Origin: an uncultured Nitrososphaeraceae archaeon
GTDB taxonomy: Archaea; Thermoproteota; Nitrososphaeria; Nitrososphaerales; Nitrososphaeraceae
NCBI GenBank assembly: GCA_963837175.1
Contig: CAWIMJ010000022.1
Coordinates: forward strand, 18,826 to 82,825
Length of the DNA stretch: 64,000 nucleotides
Reading direction: 5' to 3'
Numbering within the stretch: position 1 is the first letter of the stretch; each line of letters begins with the position of its first letter. Position numbers and translations under genes: made by a program. This document shows, piece after piece, positions 1-11,584 of this stretch. The notes beneath the pieces are model-generated. The model saw only the letters and a list, made by a program, of their open reading frames with translations, searched no databases and was not told the DNA's origin.

Positions 1-285
1 TACCATCATTATCTTGTCATTGGGTTTGCAGAAATGCCATACCCTTAGAGTGGGGTCGTCAAAGACGTGTCTTATTGCTGTTAAAGGGCCTGTTGGGGGA
101 CCACCAAATCCTTGAGTAGTAGTATTCTGTGTAGCATTCTGAGCTTGCTGTGCAAAAGAAATCATAGGTGCGGCTACTATTACTATCATCAATACAATTA
201 GTCCAAAGGGTAGGGTTGCTCTGCTAAACCTGGTGCTTGTTTTTGTACTATCGTTTATTCGTATGATCAGCGTATTGATTTGCAT
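1..285 (-). CDS. Secreted protein, possibly DUF1264/OBAP-like; runs off the window start
   Basis: Manually read ORF from ATG at 285 (not in track): hydrophobic signal region, then ...RHVFDDPTLRVWHFCKPNDKIMMV. TATA-like TTTTATATA upstream. Confidence 0.55.
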   Translation of the reverse strand, partial: MQINTLIIRINDSTKTSTRFSRATLPFGLIVLMIVIVAAPMISFAQQAQNATQNTTTQGFGGPPTGPLTAIRHVFDDPTLRVWHFCKPNDKIMMV

Positions 286-535
286 TACACAATATATAAA
301 ATCATGCATAATCGAAAGTTTCTAATTAGCCGACGCATAAAGTCAAACTATAGTCATTGGTGATCAATGTTATACTACTAAAGTGCAAGCTGCCGCTGCT
401 GTAAAATAGAGTAAATATCTCTCTTACATTCCACCCTGACCTGCTCAAATTCTAATAGCTGCAAATACCAATTTCATATACTTCAGGAATATCTAGAAGA
501 TTAATGTAAATGCCTTGCATTAAAAAATCTTACCT

Positions 536-986
536 ATGAATAACCAATCTAAAAACAACTTTGTGGTATTAGCGGTAGCGATAGGCAGCAGTTTTCATAG
601 CTAGTGCCATGCTTCTAACAACAGAAGCAGATGTTAAGAAAAAAAGTGGATTAGTAGAGGAACTAATTCTCAGAGCACTTATAGCTACATCTGGTGACAA
701 TGTCTACATAACATAGTGGAGTAACAAGACAGAAAATGAGGAAGTAATGTTTAGAGCATCAACAGACAATGGAGATACATTTGGAGATAAAATAAACCTA
801 AGTAATACAACTGCAGCTGATTCAGATGATGCAGAGATAGCAGCATCTGGAGATAGTGTGTATGTAACATGGTGGGAGAGAAATGAAACAAGTGATACAC
901 CAGTAGCAAGAGTTAGTAATGATAATGGAGATACATTTGGACCATTATTGGTGCTTGCTACTAATGGTACTATTGAAGGAGGATAA
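536..986 (+). pseudogene. Degraded secreted BNR/Asp-box (sialidase-like) repeat protein
   Basis: Asp-box SxDNGxTF occurs twice. The frame extends upstream of 747 as IATSGDNVYIT*W, with TAG at 714-716 where the second repeat has W. There is also a frameshift in the signal region. Confidence 0.7.
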
Positions 987-1700
987 GAAGAATAAGAATA
1001 AGAAGAAATCAATCTTTTTTCCTTTGCAATAAAGTCAATCAGACAAACCTAATAGTCTGTTGATGGCTGCAGCAGCGTAGAAAAATCGGTCGATGATATG
1101 TTACTTATAGATGGTAATAATATAAGATATTGTTATACTATTAAAAGAAGTTTGTATACGTGCTCCTCAATATGATACTTCAATAACATCCTATACTCAA
1201 AACTTTAACAAGAATCAATTACAACGGCAGTGTCTTTATAAATAAAATCTCTGATTAAAGTACATCCTCCTTCTTTTTTAGAATACAGAGTGACAAATAG
1301 CTTATCTATAATTCATTAAGTTTCATTTGTATGCCATCAAGTTTACCTAACATATATTAGCAGTAATACAGATTGAATTTATTACCTATCCAGCAATACT
1401 TTTGGGTGGCATATTTGAGTCAAATCTGTCCCACATCCCACCGAATTCGGACCAACATATAGCCACCCATTGTATCTCTAAAGATTAAGCAAGACCTCAA
1501 AATTATGTCAAATTTGGTTTAGACCTTTGGACCTCATTTCAACGTCAATTCTGTTCTGAATCCGACCTGGCCCAGAGCGAATGATGATGAAATGCACCTA
1601 GATATTATGATGATGGTGTTGAATTAACGGCGTATTGTAACGCTGCAAATTCTCGTGGAAAATATTGGATTATCAAAAGATCAAAAGATTCTAATTCATG

Positions 1701-1757
1701 GCGGTCCAGCCGCACCTGAGCCACCTCGGGCATCGTAGCCTTCCGCTAGGAGACCGC
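1701..1757. ncRNA. Candidate structured RNA element (GC-rich three-way junction)
   Basis: GCGGTC...GACCGC closing stem around hairpins CCTGAG/CTCGGG and TAGC/GCTA, in an AT-rich background. Confidence 0.35.
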
Positions 1758-1963
1758 AGATATTTTGTGACTGAGAAGTTTCTATATTCTGATTCAACAG
1801 GTCTACTTGCGATCCCAAGGTCCCGTGTTGTGTACTCCTATATCACATTATCAGCTATAAACGATCCGCTGCATATAGCTGCATAAATACTACAATAACA
1901 CGATTTGCTATTAGCTACAATATGACAATATCGAAACATAATCAGACTAGATTACTACTATGA

Positions 1964-2413
1964 TTACCTGACTGCTAATACAGGACAATGAGCATAACTT
2001 ATAATATTATTTGCAACACTTCCCAAAAGAAAACGTTTCAAGCCAGTCATGCCTTTAGTACCTACCACAATAAGATCAACATTATTCTTTTTTGCATAAT
2101 CGATTATTGTAGCAGCACAAGAGGATGCTACAATAATTGCCTTATCTACTTTTACCTCTTCTTTATCTCCCAACAACTCAGCCTCACTGAGTAGCTCGTC
2201 GGCTTGTTTTCTTAATTCCTCTTCAGTAGCTTGAATCTGATCTCCCATATAATTACCATAAGCATCAGGTGCTGGCACAAGAGTAGATTTGTCAATCACA
2301 TGTATTGCTATTATTTCTGCATCAAGTGGTTTTGCCAAGGATATTGTAAAAGTGATTATTCTTTCTTTATAACCTGATCTATCAATTGCCATCAATATTT
2401 TTTTTACTACCAA
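1964..2413 (-). CDS. Universal stress protein (UspA family)
   Basis: KKILMAID start, DLIVVGTKG..G...LLGSVA and CPVLAV motifs. Confidence 0.95.
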   Translation of the reverse strand: MVVKKILMAIDRSGYKERIITFTISLAKPLDAEIIAIHVIDKSTLVPAPDAYGNYMGDQIQATEEELRKQADELLSEAELLGDKEEVKVDKAIIVASSCAATIIDYAKKNNVDLIVVGTKGMTGLKRFLLGSVANNIISYAHCPVLAVR

Positions 2414-3151
2414 TCATTGATAGTTTCTCTTCTGCAAAGTATTATTCTTTTCATATCAACTGAATATCTATATATGAATAGCTCTTTTACAAGTTGTAGA
2501 ACTTTTACCTTCCCTTATTCTTTTTCACTTTATCTGCTACTCAAATCAAGAAATTGTTCTATATTCTTTTCTCGTACCGGAATGTTCCCTGTGTGATATC
2601 TGTGTTAGCACTTTTGACTATAGGATACTTGTGTTTGTTTTTGTTTTATTCATAATGCCAAAGGTTTCGTCCAATAAATATGCACGTCTTTGAGCTGGTT
2701 TTGAAGGTACCAGCAGGTGTGCCCATAGATCGTCATTACAGTTCTGTACCCCGCTACCTTTGCGTTGCAATTCCATATTTCCGATAATCTCAATGAATAT
2801 CGCAATCTATCTTTCAAGAATCTGTCATAAATTTAAACCTGGTTTAGTTCTACAAAGAAAGGACGACGGTAATAATTAGATAGTTGCAATGGCGCAGCAT
2901 CTACATTAAGATACATATCGCCTAATTTATTATCTTGAAAATATTTATCATTCTCTGTTGAAATTATGTCAATAAGTAGTGATCCTAGTGATCTTCTGAA
3001 ATAGCATTCCCAATGCGGATATACAGAATCCCATTTGAATTTGTCTTTACCAATCTTGCAAAAGACAAAAATTACTACCATTTCAGAATTCCTCTTTTAA
3101 TTAGACAATGAAAATATAAATCGAAAGTTACTGAATCACCTACCAACGAGC

Positions 3152-3172
3152 TTCAAATCCCACTGGTCCCCA
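3152..3172 (+). other. Possible tRNA 3'-half fragment (att-like scar)
   Basis: TTCAAATCCCACTGGTCCCCA resembles a T-loop plus acceptor 3' strand; no 5' half is present. Confidence 0.2.
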
Positions 3173-3955
3173 CTTAGCTGAAAACCATAATAACAAAAAA
3201 AATAATATAGATATATCCATGGCCAGCAGCCAAGGAAACGAATCTCATTACCTCTACTCTGTTCATGAGTTTACACATGTTCTTTATAAAAAGACAACAC
3301 TATTTTGAAGTATATCCATGGCAGCAATTTGGTCACGACCACTACATCAAAACGTAAGATAGCATCACATTCTAAAAAAAGATTGATCACTAACTGCTTG
3401 TGCACTATCTAACTTTATATGTTAACGAAATCCTAGAATTCATAAATACAACGTCACCTAGTACTAACAGCAAAATCGCAAATTTTGTGAGAAAGCACAT
3501 TAAGAGATCATGACTGCTAGTCTATGACGAAGCAGAATGCAAAATATCTATTTACACTACTTTGGAAATGAATCAAGTCTCTTTAATAGATAGCCTATGG
3601 AATAGAAAATATCAGCAAAATCAGATCGATGATCTCTTAAAAGTAAAATCTTGTCCTAATTGTGTGAACCGAACTAGTTTTATTATTAAATTAGTTTACC
3701 TTCTTTCTTTCTTTCTTCTGAATATATTTATAGATGCAATAATTATTATTATCTGTCAATCTTATACTATTTCCTTCTGTCAATAAATCCTGACTAAGTT
3801 GCTTTCTTATCAATGCGTAAGCGTATTTGCAATATTCTATAAAGCAAACACGTATAGCTAACTATTAATTTTCTATAAATAACAAATTAGCTTCCATAGA
3901 ATAAAATTATAGTTATATTTCTTATCTCTATTTTCCTTATTTCCTATCTTTCTAT

Positions 3956-4945
3956 CTATCTATCTTTTTTTAGATATAAATAATTGCTATTTTCATCGTA
4001 TCCAAGGTCTGCCATTGTCAATACCTTAAAGCCATTATCGTGTAAATATTTAATTTCTTTTTCAAATAGATCTGGAGTAGTATCATAAGAGCCTGGATCA
4101 CCTGCTCCACTATTATCTATTCTATGCCATGTAATTATTGGAATTGCATTTATTGTACCACCTGTGTTATATCTAGACTGACTATTGACAACTTCAACGA
4201 ATCTATTGAACATTTCAGAATCATCATATGAGTACTTGTACCTATCAGCATCATGACTCCAACCTATAACAGAGTATCTATTTATAAAATTGAGTTTACC
4301 ATCATCAGAATACGTTCTACAATCAGTCTGACTTGATTTTTCTTTGAATCCATCACAATGTAAATACATTAGTGGATTATCACCACGTCTAGCTATATCA
4401 TAATATTTAGAAACTGTATCAATTACTGCTGCCTTATCAGATCCTCCATTAAAAGGATATGCAAAACTTGTAGGATTATTAATACCATGGTCAAGAAGGC
4501 ATTGTTTTGACTGACCTACTTCAAAATCTACCATCTTATTTGACATTTGAGAAAGATCTTTATGATTCATACTATGAGATCCTATATCATATCCTTCCTT
4601 GTATAATGCTGCTATATCTTCCCAATTCATTCTAGCATTGGGTTTAGCTTGTCCTTCTCCATATCCTACATAATTGCAGATTATATAGAAAGTAGCCTTA
4701 TATCCATACTCGTCTAGAATTGGCTTAGCATTAGTGTATTGGCTCTTGTAGCCATCATCAAAGGTTAAGATTACTGCTTTATCTTTGGCAGGATTAATAT
4801 CACTATTGGGAACAGAAGGAAATGACTGGCTATAGGCTTTATTTGGCATTGCAATAGCAACATTGGTTAGAAATGTTATTAAAGTAATAGAAATAATAAA
4901 TTCATATCTAACATTTCTTATATTTTTTAGCATTATAACTAACAA
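3956..4945 (-). CDS. Secreted polysaccharide deacetylase (NodB/CE4)
   Basis: Signal peptide, LTFDDG, GSHSMNH and FAYPFNG motifs. Confidence 0.92.
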   Translation of the reverse strand: MLVIMLKNIRNVRYEFIISITLITFLTNVAIAMPNKAYSQSFPSVPNSDINPAKDKAVILTFDDGYKSQYTNAKPILDEYGYKATFYIICNYVGYGEGQAKPNARMNWEDIAALYKEGYDIGSHSMNHKDLSQMSNKMVDFEVGQSKQCLLDHGINNPTSFAYPFNGGSDKAAVIDTVSKYYDIARRGDNPLMYLHCDGFKEKSSQTDCRTYSDDGKLNFINRYSVIGWSHDADRYKYSYDDSEMFNRFVEVVNSQSRYNTGGTINAIPIITWHRIDNSGAGDPGSYDTTPDLFEKEIKYLHDNGFKVLTMADLGYDENSNYLYLKKDR

Positions 4946-5127
4946 AAATTTGTAGCGTATATAATTTTATTGAATAAGATATTATGATCATATATATGTC
5001 GTATTTGCATTAGAAAGAGAAGAAAAGGATATACAAGGAATTCGAGCTATTAGCCCCATACAACAAACCTCAGGTTTAAAGCAGATTTGTTTTGATCAGC
5101 AAATCATTTTAATTCATTTTTATCATT

Positions 5128-5400
5128 ATAAATACCGTAGCAAGACTTGACATAATTGGACATATTCTAGAGATGTTAATAGTCACGGTGATGATAATGG
5201 ATTAACTAGCATGAAAATAATACACAATGTATTATTATTGTTTTTGCTCAATTGAAAGAATATTTGTCAATCCTATCAGAAAAAGGCTTGGTAGATGAGT
5301 ATCAAAAAGAACAGAAAGAAAAATGAAAGCAACGATCTTTCTATTATTATAAAATACTAGACAAGTGAAGACATTTCTTACAAATATACATAGGGTCTTA
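5128..5400 (+). pseudogene. Degraded small winged-helix regulator (COG3432-like)
   Basis: Frameshifted fragments KYRS..DIIGHILE and QLKEYLSILSEKGL; boundaries approximate. Confidence 0.5.
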
Positions 5401-5837
5401 GTGAGATGATTTCATAATTTCTACTTCTAGCTCCTTCTTAAAGACTGTAGTATAAATTATGCCCACCTCCTAGCTTAGCACTTCTCTACTTCCTACATAA
5501 TATCCACTATAGTCTTCATTTATTATTTTTCGTCTTCTTCTTCTTCTTCTTTTTATTCATCAAATTATTCATCAAATAATTCATATTTGATTCATATCCT
5601 GTGGATATCTCATCGTTAGCCATATGTTTTGTAATACTATAATCTCGTTCACACATATAGTAATCGCAATATTCCAACTCGCAGAAAACTTATTATCTCT
5701 ATCCCTAATTCTCTTTCAAACTTCTACTTTTTTTAGATTTCAGTAAGAAACATGATTTATTACACTACTCAGTTTAGTTGGATTTTTGCTTTTGAATGAT
5801 ATTTAATTTTAGCAATTACAGTTTCTCTATCTCGATG

Positions 5838-7826
5838 TTAGCTTCCTTTGATCGCCAAGGTAAACCAATCAGGTAAGATATTCTTATTCTTCTTTACAAA
5901 ATAACCAAACGCAGAATCCAGAACATATGTCTTTGCCCAGTCTTCCTTTGATCTTATCGATCTACCATATGCCTGTATTAATTTCAATGCTGTTTGCCAG
6001 TAGTACCATTCTTCATCTGTTTCTCTCTTTGCATTAGTCCATCTATCGCTTTTATTAGGATACGGTACCTTGGTTATAATTTGAAACCTTGAAAGTTCAT
6101 CTTTTAAATTAAGGCCTGTGTGCAAAGATGGCGAGATAAGAACTGTTGGCTTTATGCTATCTATATGTTGTTTTAAAACTTCATCTCTTTGTATCTCTGG
6201 ATCCGTTACTATCAGTCTTCTTGCATTTTCCTGGGATACATTTTCTTTGATAAAATTTAACTGCTCATAAGAAGTAGTATGAATTATTCCTTTATCATAA
6301 TGGTGTATAGACATTAGATTATCAACAGCCTTTGCAATTTTATTTTTTACTTGTTCTGATTGCAAGTTATTAAAATTAAGATATTCAATATTCAGAGGAT
6401 AAATTAGTCTATTTTCTATTGGAAAATCCGACGGTATTCGTATGAATTTCACGTCGTCCCTATCATAAGAAGAAGTAGCTAGACCTACACTTTTACAGAA
6501 TTCTCTGCCGTTTAGGATTGTTGCACTCATTATCAATGTTTTTGAACATTTTTTGAATACCGCTTGACAATACTCTGATATGTTTAAGGGCTTTAATTCA
6601 ACTTTTACTACCTCATAGTTTTCCTTTTTTATATCCGATACTATCCAATTTTTTGGATTTGATAAAATATTGTTTATCCCTCTTGTAAGTTTCTCTGCAT
6701 CCCTGGCTGCTTCAACAAAAAGTTCATCACTTATTTTACTTGTATCATTCTTTGAAATATCAGCATATTTTTCTGTTATTTCTTCGTCGCTATCAAATAG
6801 ATCTGATGCTGGAATTACTTTCTTGCTATTGTTATTTTTGATGTTGCCTGATGTTATTAATTTTTTAGATTCCTCATCGTTTTTTTGCCAGTTGTACAAG
6901 ATTTTTCGTTCTTCTGACACGTCCTGTATCGCTGAAGTATTTCCAATTAATGTAAGCATTTTCGTTTCTAGATCAATCAAAAAATCAATCCATCTTATGA
7001 CTTCGTTATACCCATAATCTATTATATTTAAATCCTTGATATAGCGTTTCCATCTCTTTTTCGAAATAGATAGGCCTCTAAATTTTACAATTTCTGTCTC
7101 CAATAAATGTCCTTCATCCAATACTAATAACTCTCTTGGTAGAATAATTTTCTTGCTTGGCAAAAATGCCAAGAAATTTGAGTAATTGAAAATGGAATGG
7201 CTAGAAGTTAAGGCTATGTTTAATTGATCAAAATATTCACATGGTCTCCATATTGCTTTATCTTTATTGTTATCTTTTAGATTTTTTAAGTGCAACCATT
7301 GGAAAAACTCCTTCTTATAATGGTGTTCTTTATCCTTGTTGATGAATATTTTTTCGTTTTCTGTTCCTTTATTACTCAGATTATAATCTTGTAAAAATGT
7401 TCGATATTTACATCCGGTACCTTCAAAGGCTTCATCGCTCATACATGGTCCGTATTCCACGGTTGTATGATAGCATTCACTTCCATTCCCTACTGAAAAG
7501 CAGCTTCTACATCTATAGATGCCATTTTTAATGAAATCTTCCTTCACTAAACAAGGGAAATTGCTTTTACCTTTTGCCGCTTTAATAAATGAAAAATCCC
7601 TAGCATATTGCGTCTGCAAGTCCTTCGTGGAAGTACATATATAACTTGAGCCCAGAGTCTTTGCTACAGATACTGCTACAGGACTCTTTCCAAATCCGGT
7701 AGAAGCTTCAAGTATAATGTATTTATAGCCAGAATTGAATGCATCGCATATTTCATTTAGTACTCTTGTCTGGTTATTACGCCGGGATGTGAAAGGAAAA
7801 TTCTTGATAAAATCTGTTTTTGTCAA
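5838..7826 (-). CDS. DinG/Rad3(XPD)-like SF2 DNA helicase with Cys-rich insert
   Basis: Motifs I LEASTGFGKS, II LDEGH, III MSAT and VI QAYGRSIR; several Cys between motifs Ia and II. Confidence 0.9.
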   Translation of the reverse strand: MTKTDFIKNFPFTSRRNNQTRVLNEICDAFNSGYKYIILEASTGFGKSPVAVSVAKTLGSSYICTSTKDLQTQYARDFSFIKAAKGKSNFPCLVKEDFIKNGIYRCRSCFSVGNGSECYHTTVEYGPCMSDEAFEGTGCKYRTFLQDYNLSNKGTENEKIFINKDKEHHYKKEFFQWLHLKNLKDNNKDKAIWRPCEYFDQLNIALTSSHSIFNYSNFLAFLPSKKIILPRELLVLDEGHLLETEIVKFRGLSISKKRWKRYIKDLNIIDYGYNEVIRWIDFLIDLETKMLTLIGNTSAIQDVSEERKILYNWQKNDEESKKLITSGNIKNNNSKKVIPASDLFDSDEEITEKYADISKNDTSKISDELFVEAARDAEKLTRGINNILSNPKNWIVSDIKKENYEVVKVELKPLNISEYCQAVFKKCSKTLIMSATILNGREFCKSVGLATSSYDRDDVKFIRIPSDFPIENRLIYPLNIEYLNFNNLQSEQVKNKIAKAVDNLMSIHHYDKGIIHTTSYEQLNFIKENVSQENARRLIVTDPEIQRDEVLKQHIDSIKPTVLISPSLHTGLNLKDELSRFQIITKVPYPNKSDRWTNAKRETDEEWYYWQTALKLIQAYGRSIRSKEDWAKTYVLDSAFGYFVKKNKNILPDWFTLAIKGS

Positions 7827-8174
7827 TGATTTGTAGGTACTCAGTTGGCATCACCTCTCACTTATTCTTCTCATTAACTTATCTGTTCATCACCAATAAA
7901 TCTGTGACCCCACTTTGCCTGTTGCAATGTCGGCAGTTGTTTTTAGATAACAATGGCCCGGTAATTAATAATTAATCTGGTATACAACTTATCAGAAGAT
8001 GAGATAGTTTTATGTTAGGAAGAAAATACGATACACGCATGTGTGTATATATATAGTATAACAAGAACTGTGTTTTTGCTAATTACATTTGAATATAAAG
8101 TGTGTGGTTGCTTCTCTTGTCCTATACCACAACAGTCTAGAGATTGCCTAGAATTTTTTCGAACCTATAGAAAT

Positions 8175-8333
8175 TCATTCTTTCATTTCTTTGGAGTTCA
8201 ACAGTGGTAGTAAATGTTTTGTTCTTCCAACATAGTGTTCGTCCCATTGCAAATAGAAGTACGTCGCATAAAGAGGCTTTTTTTGACATTCCCTACATTC
8301 CTTGTGAATTCTGCTTTTGCCATCTAGTATCAT
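8175..8333 (-). CDS. Possible 52-aa CxxC microprotein
   Basis: Manual ORF MILDGKSRIHKECRECQKK..., co-oriented downstream of the MEDS gene. Confidence 0.3.
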   Translation of the reverse strand: MILDGKSRIHKECRECQKKPLYATYFYLQWDEHYVGRTKHLLPLLNSKEMKE

Positions 8334-8423
8334 TAGTAGTTATGTGTTCTTAAACTCTTACTGAGTCATCATATGAGTAGGGATTTTGGATTACTTCTTC
8401 CAAAGCTATCATCGACTAACTAA

Positions 8424-9005
8424 TTATTTATTTATTTCGAGGGCTTTGCCATGATGGTCAAGTAATTTTTTCTTTTGGTGTTCTGTAAGCCTGTTAAAGT
8501 CTTTTTGATTATAACAACAAAATCCTTTCAATTTTGAATGAAACTTTAATGGCAGAGTGGTTTCATATTCTATTATGTTAGATTTTTTGTTTTTATGATT
8601 ATTAAATTGAAAGTATGAACCCATATCAGCAATTGCAGTAACGCCCTTTTTGCCTAATTTTTCTGCATGTTTCACTAGCCTTTCAAGAAATGTAATGATA
8701 GAGGTTGAACAAAAATATGCTCTTACAGAATCTATGATCACAAGTAAACCTTCTTTTTCATATTTTCTTATATCCATCCTGGTACTCTCATTTTCTCGTA
8801 GACTACGCCTAACAGTATCAGTAGTTTCGTAATGTGGAAGTAGTAGTACAAGTTCATTGTTTTCTTCTAACTGTATTTTTGTATAATATGAGTAGATCTG
8901 CCTAAATGTGATTAAATGATCATAGATAAGAATATAGTGAGCACCAGGTTCTGTCTGGTTTAATTGGTCTAAACCCACGCCAAGATTACCTTCTAGGATT
9001 TTCAC
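8424..9005 (-). CDS. Stand-alone MEDS (DcmR-like sensory) domain protein
   Basis: H.ILIY, GLLVIIDS, ADMGSYF, EYE and GFCCY pattern. Confidence 0.8.
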   Translation of the reverse strand: MKILEGNLGVGLDQLNQTEPGAHYILIYDHLITFRQIYSYYTKIQLEENNELVLLLPHYETTDTVRRSLRENESTRMDIRKYEKEGLLVIIDSVRAYFCSTSIITFLERLVKHAEKLGKKGVTAIADMGSYFQFNNHKNKKSNIIEYETTLPLKFHSKLKGFCCYNQKDFNRLTEHQKKKLLDHHGKALEINK

Positions 9006-9067
9006 AATAGCTCTATCTAATGGTATTTGTTAATGAACTTTGATCTCTTACTTATGAGAGAGCAGCT

Positions 9068-9481
9068 TTAATTTTTCTTTAATCTAGTAATGGGTTTTAT
9101 TCCATTAGTGTATTTTTTTATCTCAATATTTAATCTCTTCAATGATATAGGTTTTTGAATGAAGCCATTTACCTTAGTAGCTAGTAACTCTTCTGAGAAG
9201 ATGGTCGTGTTAATATCAAATGCTGTCATTAGCAAGATCTTGACATCTGGTTTTATCTCTCTAATATTTCTTACAAATTCAAATCCATTTATACCTGGCA
9301 TTCGAATATCAGAAATAACTAGACAATAGTTATTACAATTTACCCTAAAATGTTCTAGCGCTAAAAATGGATCTGTAAAGTCATAAACATTAAAGCCATA
9401 CTTCTGCAACGATAATCTCATTAGCACAGTGATGTCAATTTCATCATCTATGATCATGATTGAGTCATTGTTCGATGCCAT
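9068..9481 (-). CDS. Stand-alone response regulator receiver (CheY-like)
   Basis: IIDDE, SDIRMPGING, LMTA and QKP motifs. Confidence 0.95.
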   Translation of the reverse strand: MASNNDSIMIIDDEIDITVLMRLSLQKYGFNVYDFTDPFLALEHFRVNCNNYCLVISDIRMPGINGFEFVRNIREIKPDVKILLMTAFDINTTIFSEELLATKVNGFIQKPISLKRLNIEIKKYTNGIKPITRLKKN

Positions 9482-9766
9482 TAATTGAGATGTATGAATA
9501 TATATTTAGAGAATTTAAATGGTAATCTTATTATTTTTTGACCCTTTATATAAATAAATATCATCAAATCATAGCTAATTGTATCAATTATAAAGGGTAA
9601 TAATATAGTATTCATGACCATATGATATGTAGTTAATATTAAACTTTTGTAATGAACTATTTTATGTACTTAGCAAAAATTTCTATATTAAAGAATCTTG
9701 TAATATATAATTTTTAGAGTAATACCAGCTAAATCATATTTATTATTAGAGTAATATAATTAAATA

Positions 9767-10498
9767 GTGTTTATGACCAAAAATTGGTTAGGCAAAAATA
9801 GAGATATTTTCTTTATTTTGATAGCGATACTTAGCTTGGTAAGAGAAGAGGTACGTTATGATTTCGAAGAATTCAGAAGATATGCAGACGATTTTATCCA
9901 TGATCTAATCAAACTGATGATAATTTCCAAGATGAATTCGACATTCAAGAATATTTCATCTAAAGAATACTTTGTAAATTTGATACAACAAATAAATGGC
10001 TGTGAAGCATATATTGTGAGATACGGTCAACCAATATTATATACAAAATACAGAGGTATGGAGTTTAGTGATCAAAAAGTTACTTCACAATTTGTTAGAT
10101 TAAATGATCATGCTATTGATGTTACCGTGGAATCTGTTGTTGGTGAATTTATAAAATCATTTGATAGTCTTGTTTCTACTACGGCAAATAGGGTCAAGTG
10201 GGGTACAGATGGTGGAAACAGTTCACGTATAGACCCACTCTTTAAGTTACTCGATTCATTCGTACATGCTGTACACAATCTGACATTGCTTGAAAAAAAT
10301 AATTATGACAGCCTTATGGGAAAGCGATTCAGTATCAAAAACATAAATATCACAAAACAATCAACGCAATTAGAATTTTTAGTTGACGGTCATTTGAATA
10401 TAATAGGATTATATCCATCCAAAAAAAAGGGCAGAATAGAGATATTATTTGGCAATGCTAGTATAGCTAATGCTATAGTATCTTTAATGAAGCAATAA
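9767..10498 (+). CDS. Hypothetical protein
   Basis: 243-aa ORF with natural composition; start uncertain. Confidence 0.7.
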   Translation: MFMTKNWLGKNRDIFFILIAILSLVREEVRYDFEEFRRYADDFIHDLIKLMIISKMNSTFKNISSKEYFVNLIQQINGCEAYIVRYGQPILYTKYRGMEFSDQKVTSQFVRLNDHAIDVTVESVVGEFIKSFDSLVSTTANRVKWGTDGGNSSRIDPLFKLLDSFVHAVHNLTLLEKNNYDSLMGKRFSIKNINITKQSTQLEFLVDGHLNIIGLYPSKKKGRIEILFGNASIANAIVSLMKQ

Positions 10499-10988
10499 GA
10501 AGTGGTCAGCTATATATGTATGTAAACATAGGCAACTGCGCAGCTATTACACATTCTATAGGGCTTCTTAGAGTCTTAAAAGATAATTAAACTATAAGAT
10601 AGCATATTATTTCTATAGACAGAATTTGATGTATATATTGTGCATTTCTATGAAGTGAGTTAAGTGTTATTAATCATATATAAATGACACAATTTAAGAG
10701 TATAGATATTTCATGAATACATTATTCTTGATTTTATTACTCCGCTCTATCATAGAATAAAAAAAGTCATCTTGTGTTATAGATGGCAAATTGGCCAGAG
10801 TTATTTGGATTCGTATATAATAATGAGCCCCTCAATTATATACAACCAATATTAAATGATACAATAAATGATAAAGTTAAGTTACCAGTTGATAGAAACA
10901 ATATCTATTTCGTTAAATAGTCTATTGGCAGCTCAGTGCCATAACTTTACTTGTATATTAATAACAAAATTCAAAATTATTTTAGTAA

Positions 10989-11486
10989 TCAATATCCCCC
11001 GTTATCAAGAATAGCTGCTAACAACAATATTGCTACTGACAAAATAACTGTAATCCTTCCTAGATAAATTATTTTTGATCGAATAGATTGAACATAAATG
11101 GTTTCAGCATATCCACCTGAAAGAGTCTTTTCTGTCCCCGTATTAAGAATTCTGATATGAATGATATAGATTATAAGAGTTGCAATTACTAATATTATTT
11201 TGAACAAGAGAATTATGCCGTAATTTGTTTCGAATAATAAACCTGGTTCTTGTAAGAATACACGTGAATTGTAAATGCCTGTTACTATTAGAATCACAAA
11301 AGATGGCATTGCTATCTTGTTGAATCGTCTTCCAATTTTGATCATAAGTGCAATGCGTTCTTCCAATGTTCCTGTAATACTTTTGAGCATGGGTGCAAGC
11401 ACTATGCCAAGAAAAATTGAGCCACCTACCCATATTGAGGCAGCAACTAAATGTACCCAGGTGAACAGGCTATCAGTAAGAGACAT
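10989..11486 (-). CDS. CopD-family 4-TM membrane protein
   Basis: WVHLVAASIWVGG, RRF, TGIYN and YG.ILLFK motifs. Confidence 0.85.
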   Translation of the reverse strand: MSLTDSLFTWVHLVAASIWVGGSIFLGIVLAPMLKSITGTLEERIALMIKIGRRFNKIAMPSFVILIVTGIYNSRVFLQEPGLLFETNYGIILLFKIILVIATLIIYIIHIRILNTGTEKTLSGGYAETIYVQSIRSKIIYLGRITVILSVAILLLAAILDNGGY

Positions 11487-11584
11487 CTTATTATTATAAT
11501 AATTTCTACCAAGACATATTATTCATGCTGCGATAAGAAAAGTATTAATTCAATCTTACATTCACCTAATATTGAACAGCTACT

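Noticed and set aside
714-716. In-frame TAG as pyrrolysine or readthrough
   Set aside because: It is a simple TGG-to-TAG change in a gene that also has a frameshift, and no pyl genes are in the window.
1698-1760. HDV-like ribozyme or tRNA
   Set aside because: Short matches exist (GGTCCAGCC, GGGCATC), but there is no P1/P3 pairing, no T-loop and no anticodon arm.
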